Part shown: positions 24,713 through 36,837 of the stretch, piece after piece
Layout of the letters: each line of letters starts with the position of its first letter
Position numbering within the stretch: position 1 is the first letter of the stretch
NCBI RefSeq assembly: GCF_032191835.1
Contig: NC_083224.1
Span: 42,842,001-42,906,000, forward strand
Source: Heteronotia binoei
Lineage: Eukaryota
DNA length: 64,000 bases
Reading direction: 5' to 3'
Program-made: the position numbers and the translations under genes
Notes under the pieces: generated by a model
The model's input: the letters and a program-made list of their open reading frames with translations, nothing else
Databases searched by the model: none
What the model was told of the DNA's origin: nothing

Positions 24713-27700
24713 TGTAGTGATGGCCAGGGCTTTACAAGGGGATAGATCTGTGTGAGGGAGAAAGGTCTGCTAGTATTTTTTAGCCAGGATGGCTAAATTT
24801 AACCTCCATTTTAAAGGCAGTGAACCTCTGATGGCCAGTGGCTGTGGGCCACAGTAGGGAGAGACTTTAGACTCTGCGCCTTCCAAGGCATCTGGATGGC
24901 CACTATTAGGAGATAAAAGATTCTGGACTAAAGGGAACAGTAGGACTTTTCTTAACTTCTACTATAGACATGGCTTCTTCAATGATCTACTACTTCATCC
25001 AAAAAATCTTCATGAACAGAGCACCTGGGAATGTTTCCTTGGCTGTGATGAGCATGGAAGTTTTAACAACACCCAGCATTCACGATACAGCCCTGCCATA
25101 AATAATTTACAAGAGGAACAGGATTGAATCATCGTTCTGAAAACAAGGTTTTCCAGGTAGTCAGAATCATGCTATGATTAGAGCATGCTCCACAATTCCT
25201 ATTCTCCACAAAACCCTGTGGGGATCGCAACGATCAGTAACTTTCGTTCTCTTAAATCATGAGAGAAAGACAAAACATTTCTACTCAGATGACAGTATGC
25301 CTATAATGTTTTGCAGAACAGCCCTCTCTCACCCCCCCCCCCATGCTGCACTACAGCCTCTTAATGGTATTAGGCAGAGTATCAAAGAATGATGTTTATC
25401 TGACAGCAAGGATCATTATTGTCTGGGCCTTGAATGACTATGTAGTGTACCATAGTATAATAAACCAATTCTTACCCAGGATCTGAGCTAGCTGTTAAAA
25501 GGCACGCTTCACAACAATGAATGATGAGCAGATGGATATACTGATACCACAATAATCATTCCTGTGGGCTTAGATTATGAATTCTTTCCTGTCTTTGGCT
25601 GACTTATTATTTATTATTGGCTTCCTGGCTAGCAACATGGAATTTCTTCTCTTTGTTTTACCCCTCAGTTCTTTCTGGCTGTCCATAAACAGCTAACTAC
25701 AAGGAATCCAGTACATTATTATAGCAAATATATCCCATCTGTCTTGCATGTTTGTTTTTGTTTTAATCTTGCCCTTGTGCCTTGGAGCTCAGGCTGAGGA
25801 ACATGGTTCTGTCATCCTGATGTTAATGCTTACAACAACACTGTAAGGTAGATAAGGCTGAGAGTGTTCAGCTGATCCAAAGTCACCCACTGATCTTCGG
25901 GGCAGAATAGGGATGCCATGGCTCCATTCCACCAGTTTGTATTTACATGACATGAGACCAGCATCCAGATTATATAGCAGGAAGTACACAATAAGCCTTT
26001 CCTTAAGGCAATCTCTCTCTGTGTGTGTTTGCTTCAAAAATGTTTGCTCTTCCGTTATTCCTATATATCTCATAGCATACTGAAGCCAGATTAAATAGGG
26101 TTGCCAGCCTCCAGTTGGGGCATAGAGATCTCCCACTTTTACAACTGATTTCCAGCTGGCAGAGATCAGCTCCCCTGGAGAAAATGGCTGCTTTGAAGGG
26201 TGGACTCTGGCACGGCACCATGCTGAGGCCCCTCCCCAAACCCCACCCTCTCCTGGATCCTCCCCCAAAGCCTCCAAGTATTTTCCAACACAGACCTGGC
26301 AACCCTTTGCAGGGAGTGAGCAAAGGACCGCCAGTAGAGGAGACCAATATTTATTTTACACACATTTGAATAAAGAAACTAGTATTTGAATGTGTTTTTT
26401 TCACCAACACTAAATTACATGGAATTGGCGTGGAGCAGGGGTCACTGGGGATGTGTGTGTGTGTGGGAGGTACTTGTGAAGTTCCTGCATTGTGCAGGGG
26501 CTTGGACTAAATGACCTTGGAGGTCCCTTCCAACTCTATGATTCCATGATTCTATGAATATGTTCTCCATTTAAAGCCACCCTGCAAAAAGAAATAGAGA
26601 GGAGGACAAGGCCTTTGCCATCAGCCTGGCTAACCAACTGTGACCCAACCCCTTCTTCTGATTCTAGCAGCTGCCATTACTACCCTAAAGAAGAGGGACA
26701 GAGAACAAGATCCCCTCCGTTAAGCAGCTGCAAGTCTCAGGTAGGGATGCTGACCTCCAGGTGGGACCTGGGGATCTCCTGGAATTGCATCTCATCGCCA
26801 GACTGTGTCTGACTGTGACAATTCATAACAACAGCAATCTGTGAGACCTGGGTTCAAATTCCCATTCTGCAATGAAGCTCACTCAGCATAACCAAATGGG
26901 GAAGGTAGGGCATATATGCTGCCATCAGCTTCGTGGAGGAAGGGTGAGATAAAATTTACTAGATAGTAATTTCTTCTTTTCTAGGGAGGTGAGTACATTA
27001 AGGGAAATGAGAAGAAGCAAATCTCACAATATTTGAAAATGAGAGCAAGAAAAGAGGTAGATTTATTTTTACCCATTCTCCTCTCTGAAGATTAGTGTTG
27101 CCTGTTTCAACTCAAGAAATATCTGGGGACTTTGTGGGTGGGGTCAGGAGCAAGGTTGTGACAAGCATTATTGAATTCCAAAGGGAGTTCTGGCAATTGC
27201 ATTTAAAGGGACTGAAAACCTTTTAAATGCCTTCCCTCCATTCGGAAATAAGGATAGGGGCACCTTCTTTGGGGGCTCATAGAATTGGACCCCCTGGTCC
27301 AATCTTTCTGAAACTTAGGGGGTGTTTTGAGGAGAGGCACCAGATGCTATGCTGCAAATTTGGTGCCTCTACCTAAAAAAAAACAGCCCCCCTCAGAGCT
27401 GCAGATGCTCACGGATTGATTCTCAATCATACCCTATGGGTATAATGGCATGCCCAGCAGACATTTCCCTCCCCCCACCCCCCACTTTCTGATAACCCTG
27501 AAGCGAGGGAATGGCCTCCAAACCAGGGGATCCTCTGTCCCCAGCTGGGGATTGGCAACCCTACATGAAGATCCAGGGTCTTGTATAATAGTGCTTTATT
27601 TCAGAAATATGTATGGCTTCCCTTCCTTAAAGCATATGCCTCAAATGTGTTCTATATCTTGCATTCAGTTCCAGTTTTTTGCATAATTAAATCCTGATGT

Positions 27701-29526
27701 TACATTTTCCATGGTATTCAACAGTTGGACTTTCTTCCTGTGGCCAGTTGTGTAAGAGAATAATTGACACAAGGACTGGAATAAAATTCCTCTGCATTTG
27801 GAATTGGCAGGTCGGCCTGAGAAATCAAGACAACTTAATTGGATTCTGTAGCCAGTCTGTCAAGACCGTGCCACTGGACAGTAATCCTAATTACATCTCA
27901 GATATGATATTCAACATACCTTCCAATTTTTCAAACGCTGAAAATCAATACAACATATTAAGAGACTACACAGACTGAAAGTTGCTTCACATTGTGGAAA
28001 TAGTGCAAGAAACAACTTTGTAACCACTATGTCCTTCCAAATAATTTGGGAAATCTGACTTCAAAGCATCCATTCCCCTTCCCCACAGTCAATGCAAATA
28101 TTATTCTCAAGTACCTTAACTTAGAGTTTAGAAAATATGATGTTATCCTGGCAAAGTTGTATGTTTGGACACCGTAACCACAGCAAGAAAACTATTGTTC
28201 TTAACACCTGGGTTTAGCACTCTAGCCTGTGGATATGGCAAGTGAGAATGGGAGTATCCTGAGGGAAAATACGCTAACTTTTCCCCAAGACCACCCCACC
28301 AGGGTCTTTAGTCTTCAGCATAGGAATCTTCAGAATGAGAATTTCAACTCAGCTCTCCCAGAGAGCCAGTTTGATGTAGTGGTTAGGTGCACAGACTCTT
28401 ATCTGGGTTTGATTTCCCACTCTTCCACATGTACCTGCTGATGTGACCTTGGGCCAGTAACAAGTTTTCACAGAGCTGTTCTGCTTAAGAGCAGTTCTGG
28501 GAGAGCTCTCTCATCTCCACTTACCTCACAGGGTGTCTGTTGTGGGGAGGGGAAGGGAAAGGAGATTGTAAGCTACTCTGAGACTCCTTCAGGTAGTAAG
28601 AGCGGGGTATAAATCCAATCTCCTCCTTCTCTTCTTCTTCCTCCTCCTCCTTTGTTGCATTTCTATCCTGCCCTCCCCTGCAAGTGAGCTCAGACATTTT
28701 CCTTCAGTTTGTGTTGGGGCCAAGCCAGGCCGTACCTTATTCCAGCCATGGAGTGTGTGATCGCCACATGATAGAGTCCATTGGATCAATAACACACTAG
28801 CAATGAGTTAGGCTAGCGTTTGCCTGTTGTGGGCTCAAATCCTTCCTTCTTTTCCACCTTTTGTCCCTTCACATGCAAAGCATAATTGAAAGCTTTGGGA
28901 AACCTTCAATCAGAATCCAGTTTCCTGTGATGTCAGAATGCAGTTGTTTCAGCAAGGCAGCATTTTTTTCCTCCCCACAAACTGGAACTGCTAGAGTATA
29001 ACTCCAATCTGTGGAGAGGAAAAGTCTCCCATTTGCTTGGGTTCCCAGGTCCCCCAGCCACTGGTAGGGAAAGAGAGGGTAGACTTTCTAGATCCAGGTT
29101 GGGAAACTCCTGGAGATTTTGGGATGGAGCCTGAGGAGGACAGGGACCCCAGTGGGGTACAATACCATAGAGTCTACCCTTCAAAGCTTCCATTTTCTCC
29201 AGTCAAACTGATCTCTGCAGTCCAGAGATGACCTGTAATTCTGGGGGACCCCAAGGTCACTCCTGGATGCTGGTATTCCTACCATTTGCCCGGGTCCCTT
29301 CTTTCAAATGCCACAGCAAACTGGAATCTGATTGAAGGTTTCCAAGTCCAGGAGGTTTTCAGCCACTTTTTTTCAGCAGGGAAGGAGGGAGGGGAACACA
29401 AGAGCAGAGCAAACCAGCCATGTTTATGTTCGTTGTGGACAAATTAATTTGCTGCAATATCTGAATGCGGTCCTAGGGTCAAACTGGATATACACAGATG
29501 GGCCACACATGCAGCCCCCCCCCCCT

Positions 29527-30203
29527 TAGGGTTGCCAAGTCCAATTCAAGAAATATCTGTGGGACTTTGGGGGTGGAGCCAGGAGACTTTGGGGGCGGAG
29601 CCAGGAGCAAGGGTGTGACAAGCATAATCGAACTCCAAGGGAGTTCTGGGCATCACATTTAAAGGGACCGTACACCTTTTTAAATGCCTTCCTTTCATAG
29701 GAAATAATGAAGGATAGGGGCACCTTCTTTTGGGGCTCATAGAATTAAACCCCCTGGTCCAATCGTTTTGAAACTTGGGGGGTATTTTGGGGAGAGGCAC
29801 TAGATGCTATACTGAAAATTTGGTGCCTCTACCTCAACCCCCCCCCCCCAGAGCCCCCAATACCTCCAGATCAATTCCCCATTATACCCTATGAGAATCT
29901 ATCTCCATAGGGAATAATGAAGTGCCCAGCAGACATTTCCTCCCCCCCCACCCGTTTCTGGCGACTCTGAAGCGGGGAATTGGCATCTCTACTCACAAGT
30001 TGCTGCCAACTTCTTCAAAGCAGCACAGACACACCATCCCAAGAGGAAGCCTTTCCAGTCGGAGACTGAGGCCTCCAGAGGTGGAAAGTCACATGGTGGC
30101 TGTGGGGGGTGGGGCTTCCCCCCACCAGCCAGCTGACCGGGGGCAGGAAGGAGCCTGGGAAAGCGGAAGAACCCCCGCTGGGACTTGGGGATTGGCAAGC
30201 CTA
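29527..30203. mobile_element. Non-autonomous hAT element with TAGGGTTGCC termini (long relative at 27093-27563; many short relatives, e.g. 14492, 19865, 26096, 41371, 49470, 54046, 61600)
   Basis: Termini tagggttgcc/ggcaagccta and an 8-bp TSD ccccccct/ccccacct. Confidence 0.85.
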
Positions 30204-31821
30204 CCCCACCTCCATGGGGGAAATAATACTCTCCCTTGAGTTGTTTCAGGGTGGGAAAATAGCATGGAAGGGAGGCTGAAGCCCCTTCTCCCAGCATCAC
30301 AGAATCAGACCTCTGCTATGTTTGGGAAATTAGTTATCAGCAGCTGTCCTCTGACAGAGGAGTCAGGGCAAGGGAGCCCAGAACTGACTCATTCGAGAAG
30401 ACACATCTAGTCCTAGTAAGTTGCCCATCAGACATTTTTCCTCAGTCTGTGTCGGGGCCTGGGCCTTACCTTATTCTAGCCATGGAGGGTGCAATCTCCA
30501 CCTCGGGGTCATTTAATTTACCTGGAGAACCTGGAACATGAAGGACAGAAAGCTGAAGGCACCACTGTGTTGGCCAGCAAACGCACAAGGCTAGATTTAT
30601 CATATTTATACCAGGCCTGGTCAATTCATTCTGCCGGTCAGTTATGGGGCCTGACATTTCACATCCTTTCTGTTTTGGAAAAAGGCTTTAAGGCCTGGGC
30701 ATTCGCAGTCCCATGTAGTTCTTTAGGGGTAGCCTCAAGTCATGCATTCCTGCTTCAAGCCAAGGCTAAACTACATACAATTCCTGTCTTTCCCCCATAT
30801 TTAAAGCAGCCCATTTCCAGTCAAGTTTAGGACAATGGCCCCTTTCACATTACCATTCTAAATGGTATGTTATTAGTTGTTGGCCCAGTTTTAAGTAAAG
30901 TGATGGGAGTTTCATACAGTGAATTTCCTTCCATTAATGAGCTATCTCTAAAGTGCTATCGTAATTTCAAACACTGCCGCTTCCTACCCACCTGGCATGA
31001 TTTTCCTCGAACTGTTTTGGAATGTTGTAAGTTGAGTGTTATAGCACTAAACCAATATAGCACTTAGTGCTATAGCAGAACTACTGAGATGCCTTGACTC
31101 CATTGACTCATTGCGGTCATCCCATCATTCTGGATGAGAAGGAAGTGCAGAGGAAGCAGCCACGGCACCCTTTCCAGATGCGGTTCGTTCGAGCTGCCGC
31201 TGGCCTGCCCAGGCACTGAGTGAGCACGCAGCGCAGTTTTACCACCCCGATCAGCTAATCGGCGAGGGGGGGTGCCTTCACACAGCCAGGAGTGGCGCTC
31301 AATCACCCTTCCTGACATTGAAATTGACCTGGGGTGAGGAAGGGGAGGAGAAGGAGGCGCGGGGGGGGGGGGGGGGCAAACTAGTCTTTGCCTGTGGGGG
31401 AGGGGGAAGGCCGAATTCAGAGACCCCACCCTGCTGGCGCCCTATGCAACTGCCTAGTTTGCCTAGTGGGCGAACTGACCCTGCATCCAGCTGATAAGTG
31501 ACTTTGTTGCCAAGTGGATTGCAGGTATATATCTCAGGGAGGCAAACTTCTTGTTGTTGTGGGTTGAAGTTGGTGATGGTTTGTATGCTTATCTGTGAGG
31601 ATATTGTTGGCCAGTTGCAAGAAGGATGAATGAGCAGAGGGGGGTATCTTGGAAGGAGCAGAAAACTTGACCTCCTTGCATTTTTGGAGGGAAGAGCGAA
31701 TGCAGCAAACCCTGTGATCCTCTCACAGGAATTATAACTGTTCTAAGAGGATTTCAGAGGAGATGTCCAGACATGGCCATAAGCAGTCGCCTGTGGAATG
31801 GATCACAAAAACAACAATTAA

Positions 31822-31875
<54 letters not shown>
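31822..31875 (+). repeat. (AAT)n microsatellite, about 18 units
   Basis: Read directly from the sequence. Confidence 0.95.
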
Positions 31876-31876
<1 letters not shown>

Positions 31877-34800
31877 GATGAAGGGAGATAAGAATAGATA
31901 TCACCTCAAACCCAGCTGTTATGGTCCATCATGCATGCCAACCACTGGAGTACAGCATGATCTGTTTACACGAACCACTGACAGTTTATTGATCTGCAGT
32001 TTACACATGGAATCAATCTGGCCAGCCCTTGTCTTTGGTACCCGCAAACGTGCTAATCCATCAGTTCTGGTCCTGCCTAGAGAGAGGACTCTTCAACAGA
32101 AACACTGCCTGGTTCCCATGCTGCTTTCCCTGGAGCTGCTATGAAATCTAATGAGGCAGGAGCCAATTCCTCTGGGGGACACTTTAGTGAGTGAACAGTC
32201 CTGATAAAATCTTAGGTATGGGCCATTGGCTGTTCTCTCGGTTGTGGTTTTGGCCTCCTTCCTTTCTTGTTCTTTTTCACAAAATTGCAGCAGTTTCCTT
32301 TCACTTCCTGAGCTCGGCAGGGAGTCCAGTGGCACAAACTGTTACTGACTGTATGCTGATTTCAGACTTGGCTTTTTGGTACTTTCTGCAAGCTATGCCA
32401 CCTTTTCTCCATGTCTTACCATTTTTTTGAGGGGGGGCTACAACTGAAGGGAGTGGGAAGTTAATGCATTCTTCCATCACCAAAATTGTCATACAGAACA
32501 AAACAGATTAAGACATAAAACCATATACCTTTTGGAGGGATATTATTGTATTGCATGTATGAACATGCCCCCTGTGCCTGGAAGTCATGGCGACCTCTGG
32601 TGACTCCTGCTGGAGCATGGAGGACATTCAGAGCAGTGGCTTGATAGCCTGCCTCTGCCTTCCAACTCTGCTATTCTTTGGAGGTCTCCCATCCACATAC
32701 TGGCCAGGGTTGGCCCTACTTTGCTTCTGGGAGTTGATGAGATAGGGCTTGCATGGGCTAGCCAGGTCAGGGCAAACCATATACTTTAAAAACCCTTAGA
32801 GTCCATTTTGCTATCCTGATAAGAGTAACATTCCATTTAATCCACTCTAAAAATTCCATTTAATCCATCCATGCTACACCACAGACTCCAGTTCTCTAGG
32901 CACCTTCCCCAAACTATGTCTTGTAAAGTCCTGTCAATAACACTTCCTTGCACTTCTTTGAAAGGGTTGGCAATGACAGAGCCATTCTTAGTTCCTTTGG
33001 CAGACCATTCCACAACTGGCATGGGCTCAGGCAGTGGAGATTCACATCCTCATTGAGTGGGAGAGAGAAGTAGCAGCCAAGGGCTTATTAGAGGGACATA
33101 ACAGGCATATGGGTTCATGTAAGGAGAGATGGACACTTTGTTTTTTACTAGCAAAATGGCTATCACTAGGACAGTTGGCGGTAGTACAGAGTCAGTTCAT
33201 ATACAGCAAGGATCCCTGGGTGTCTTTGTATAATCTGTCTTCTTTGCACTTGGCACAGCAATTCTAGGGCTCTTGGAATATTTGTGCTAGAATGGCCAAT
33301 GGGGGTTCTGCACCATAGTTCATATTTGTCTAGGAAAGGTAAACTCTTCTCAGCTTGATGAGGAATTGGTTCACTATTGGCAAGCTTTGTTGGAGAAAGT
33401 TGGGGATAAGTTTGTCTGTTGCCCAAGAGCTCCATGGCAGCTCATAATATTGGGTGTGTCTATGGTTTCATGTGCATGTGTTTTTGCCCCCTGGGAACTG
33501 TAGCTCCCAACAGAGTAGAGCTACTTGAAAATTCAGTACACACACTCACCATCAACACCAACACACTGGAGGAACAAAAGCAGAAGTAAGATTCTGGCAG
33601 AGGGCTGCAATCACATAAGAAACATGAGGATAGATTTGAACAGAGAAGACACTGAACAAAGAGTTTCTGGGTGGGATCTGGTTTTGTAATTTCACAATGA
33701 TCAGTGAGAGTTAAATCAAAAGTCAGAGGTGAAAACTGCAGAATTTTCTGTGCATGAGCCTACAATGTTTTATAATTCAGACAGATTCATAGCAATCAAG
33801 TAATTCAGCAAGAGTTTTATCAAGTTTAAGGGACCTCTTAAGAAAATGATGCTTGATTCATAATGCATCAGAACATTATGAGCTGGAGAAATTCATCTTC
33901 TGAACAAGGTAATTAGGAACATTGGCAGCATCATTACACTTAAGCAATGATGCACAATCCATTATTAAATTATGATCGCAATATCCATAGCAGATTCAGG
34001 ACGCAGCAACAAGAAGACAGTACAGACATTCTAGAGCCGACTAACTACTTCTGTCCTTTAAGACAAAAATTAATTGGGCACAGTGTTTTTTCTAAGGCAA
34101 TCTTTCACATATTTATTATTGGAAGGAATTAGGGGATATCCTTTTCTTTTAACATGGGAGGGACAGTGGCTCAGTGGTAGAGCATCTGTTTGGGAAGCAG
34201 AAGGTCCCAGGTTCAATCCCTGGCATCTCCAAAAAAGGGTCCAGGCAAATAGGCGTGAAAAACCTCAGCTTGAGACCCTGGAGAGCTGCTGCCAGTCTGA
34301 GAAGACAATACTGACTTTGATGGACCAAAGGTCTGATTCGATATAAGGCAGCTTCGTATGTTCATATGTTCAACATGAAGGCAAGGCAAAGATAAACAAT
34401 AGCAGCTTGCTTCTGAAATGACAGTGTGGTACAGAATTGACAGTGCAATAGAGTTACAATGTTTTGTGGGCCTACAAAGGTGTAACTCTGTTTAGGATGG
34501 TACTGGAAATGCTGTCCTTTGAAAACATAGGTGCAAAGATAATCTCAGACTAGAGGGAAGAGACATGGTTTGTGTTACAGTACTGAAGTGTTCAGCCAAC
34601 TTTTTTATCCCTCACCTTCAAATATTTTGTATATGTGTTAGTGATAGGTATAGACAGGGCTTTTTTTGTAGCAGGAACTCCATTGCATATTAGGCCACAC
34701 CCCTCTTATGTAGCCAATCCTCCAAGAGTTTACAGGGCTCTTTGTACAGGGCTTACTGTAAGCTCCAGGAGGATTGGCTACATCAGGGGTGTGTGGCCTA

Positions 34801-36837
34801 ATATGAAAGGGCTGTATGTATTCCTAATAGCTTATATTGAAACTTATCAACTTTGCTGATATTAGAGTTCATTTGCAAGTAAGACAGTATGATCAGTTTG
34901 GGTGAAATCAGTAGATGAAATTAATCAGGTGAATGAGTGCAATGGAATGCATTCACCCTAAGCAAGCACAGTGGTTCTGGTAATCAAGAAAAAAGGGTGG
35001 ACAAGGACAAAAACAGCAAAAATCAGAGTTGGGATTGTGGCTCAATGACAGAGCATTACATATAGAACATCCCTGATTAAATCTGTTTTTTCCAGGTAAA
35101 AGGATCAGAGAGTAGGTGATATGAAAGATGTCTACCTGAGATCCCTAGAGCTGCTATCAGTCAGGATAGGCAGTGCTGACTTTGATAGACCAGTGATCTG
35201 CCTCAGAAGAAGTCAACTTTGTGTGCTCAACTTTTGTCCACATAAGTTAGTGCAGAAGTTTATATCTCTTTAAGGATAAAAAACAGAAACAGGCAGGGCT
35301 TTTTTGTAGAAAAAGCTCAGCAGGAGCTCATTTGCATATTAGGCCTCACCCCCTGAAGTCACCATTGTTTCACATAGGGTTTTTTTGTAGAAAAAGCCCA
35401 GCAGAAACTCATTTGCATATTAGTCCACACGCATGACACCAAGCCAGCAGAACTTGCTTAAAAAACCCCCCTGGAGACAGCTCTTGAAGATCAGCGAGGG
35501 GTGCATGCAAATGCACTTACCACATTCAATGCAAATGTGCCCTTTTCTGTTCTAGAGAAACCTTTGCGAAACCAGTTGTGCAAATTTTCAGCATGGTTTA
35601 AGTCAAATGAAAGAAAAGTCAGCTGTGGAGGACAACTATTCACTGCTGCTGCCGCCGCCTTCAGGAACCTTCAGAAATGCTCTTCCCCAACCCCAATCCC
35701 TGGGGCCTTTTTGCAAATGTTTTTAAAATGCATGCATACAGTTGCATTTTAAATATGCAACTTTAAAATGCTTATTTTTAAAAGGCTGACTACCTAAGAT
35801 TTAAGAGTTAGAAAGAGTGATGGTTATATCAAGAGTTCAGTTTGTTCACAAGGGTATGAAGCAGATTGTGGACCAGGATCAAACTCTGTGTGAACATCCT
35901 GTTACCTTCCTTAAAATATTGTCAGTCTCCACTCTAACAAAATAAATGATTTTTTATGCAGATAGTCAGGAAGCTGAATGACTGTGGCACATTTTAGGAT
36001 GCAGTAGGGATTACTTTCTTTTTTCCTTCAAATGTCTGTGCCAGATCACACACACACATAATCCAGTCTTTACAGGATCTTGTGATATTTACTGGAGGCA
36101 ACCAGCCAAGCCAATTTCAAAACAATCATCTGTTTCTCTTGTGGGAGCACTTAGTGTTGGTAGTATCTGTTCTGCAATGGAAAAAAAAAATACCCCTCAA
36201 TTCTCTCCCAACTTTCTAATGGGGTAGCCTGAGACTTGGAGAGAACAAAACCCTGAAATCGATTATATCCATGTCAGTTACATCAAAATCAATGGGACCT
36301 CATCCAATAATAGATAGGAACAGGAGTTTTTTTTGAGCAGGAACACACAGGAACGCTGTTCCAACTGGCTTAGTGTCAGGGCCTAATATGCAAATGAGTT
36401 CCAGCTGGGCTTTTTCTACAAAAAAGCCCCTGTATGAAACAATGGTGATGTCAGGGAGTGCGGCATAATATGCAAATGAGTTTCTGCTGGGCTTTCCCTG
36501 CAAAAAAAAAAGCCCTGTATATGAAGCAAGTTAGGTTACAGACCAGTGCATGGGCTGGATCCTAGAATCACAGAGTTGGAAGGGGCCATACAGGCCATCT
36601 AGTCCAACCCACTGCTCAATGCAGGATCAGCCTAGAACCTCCCTGACAAGGGTTTGTCCAGCCATTACTTGAAGACTGCCGATGAAGACACATTGTCACA
36701 TGATGACTGCAATCGCAAGTGGTGGTCTGCATGTGTGAATGGGCCATCATAAATCAAGCACCACAAAGGAAATATTTCAGTCACTTTGGGTTCGATGCTT
36801 TTTAACAGCCTCAGCATCAGGGCCTTAAACAGGATTT

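Noticed and set aside
3482-28925. Possible decayed minus-strand multi-exon gene (candidate exons at 3482-3679, 7956-8027, 28115-28258, 28736-28924)
   Set aside because: All frames of the longer candidates contain stops, no family is recognisable, and one candidate overlaps an inverted repeat.
33540-33700. Frame resembling a Penelope GIY-YIG C-terminus (KILAEG..HIR..DLNRED..WDLVL)
   Set aside because: The similarity is too weak to support without a profile search.
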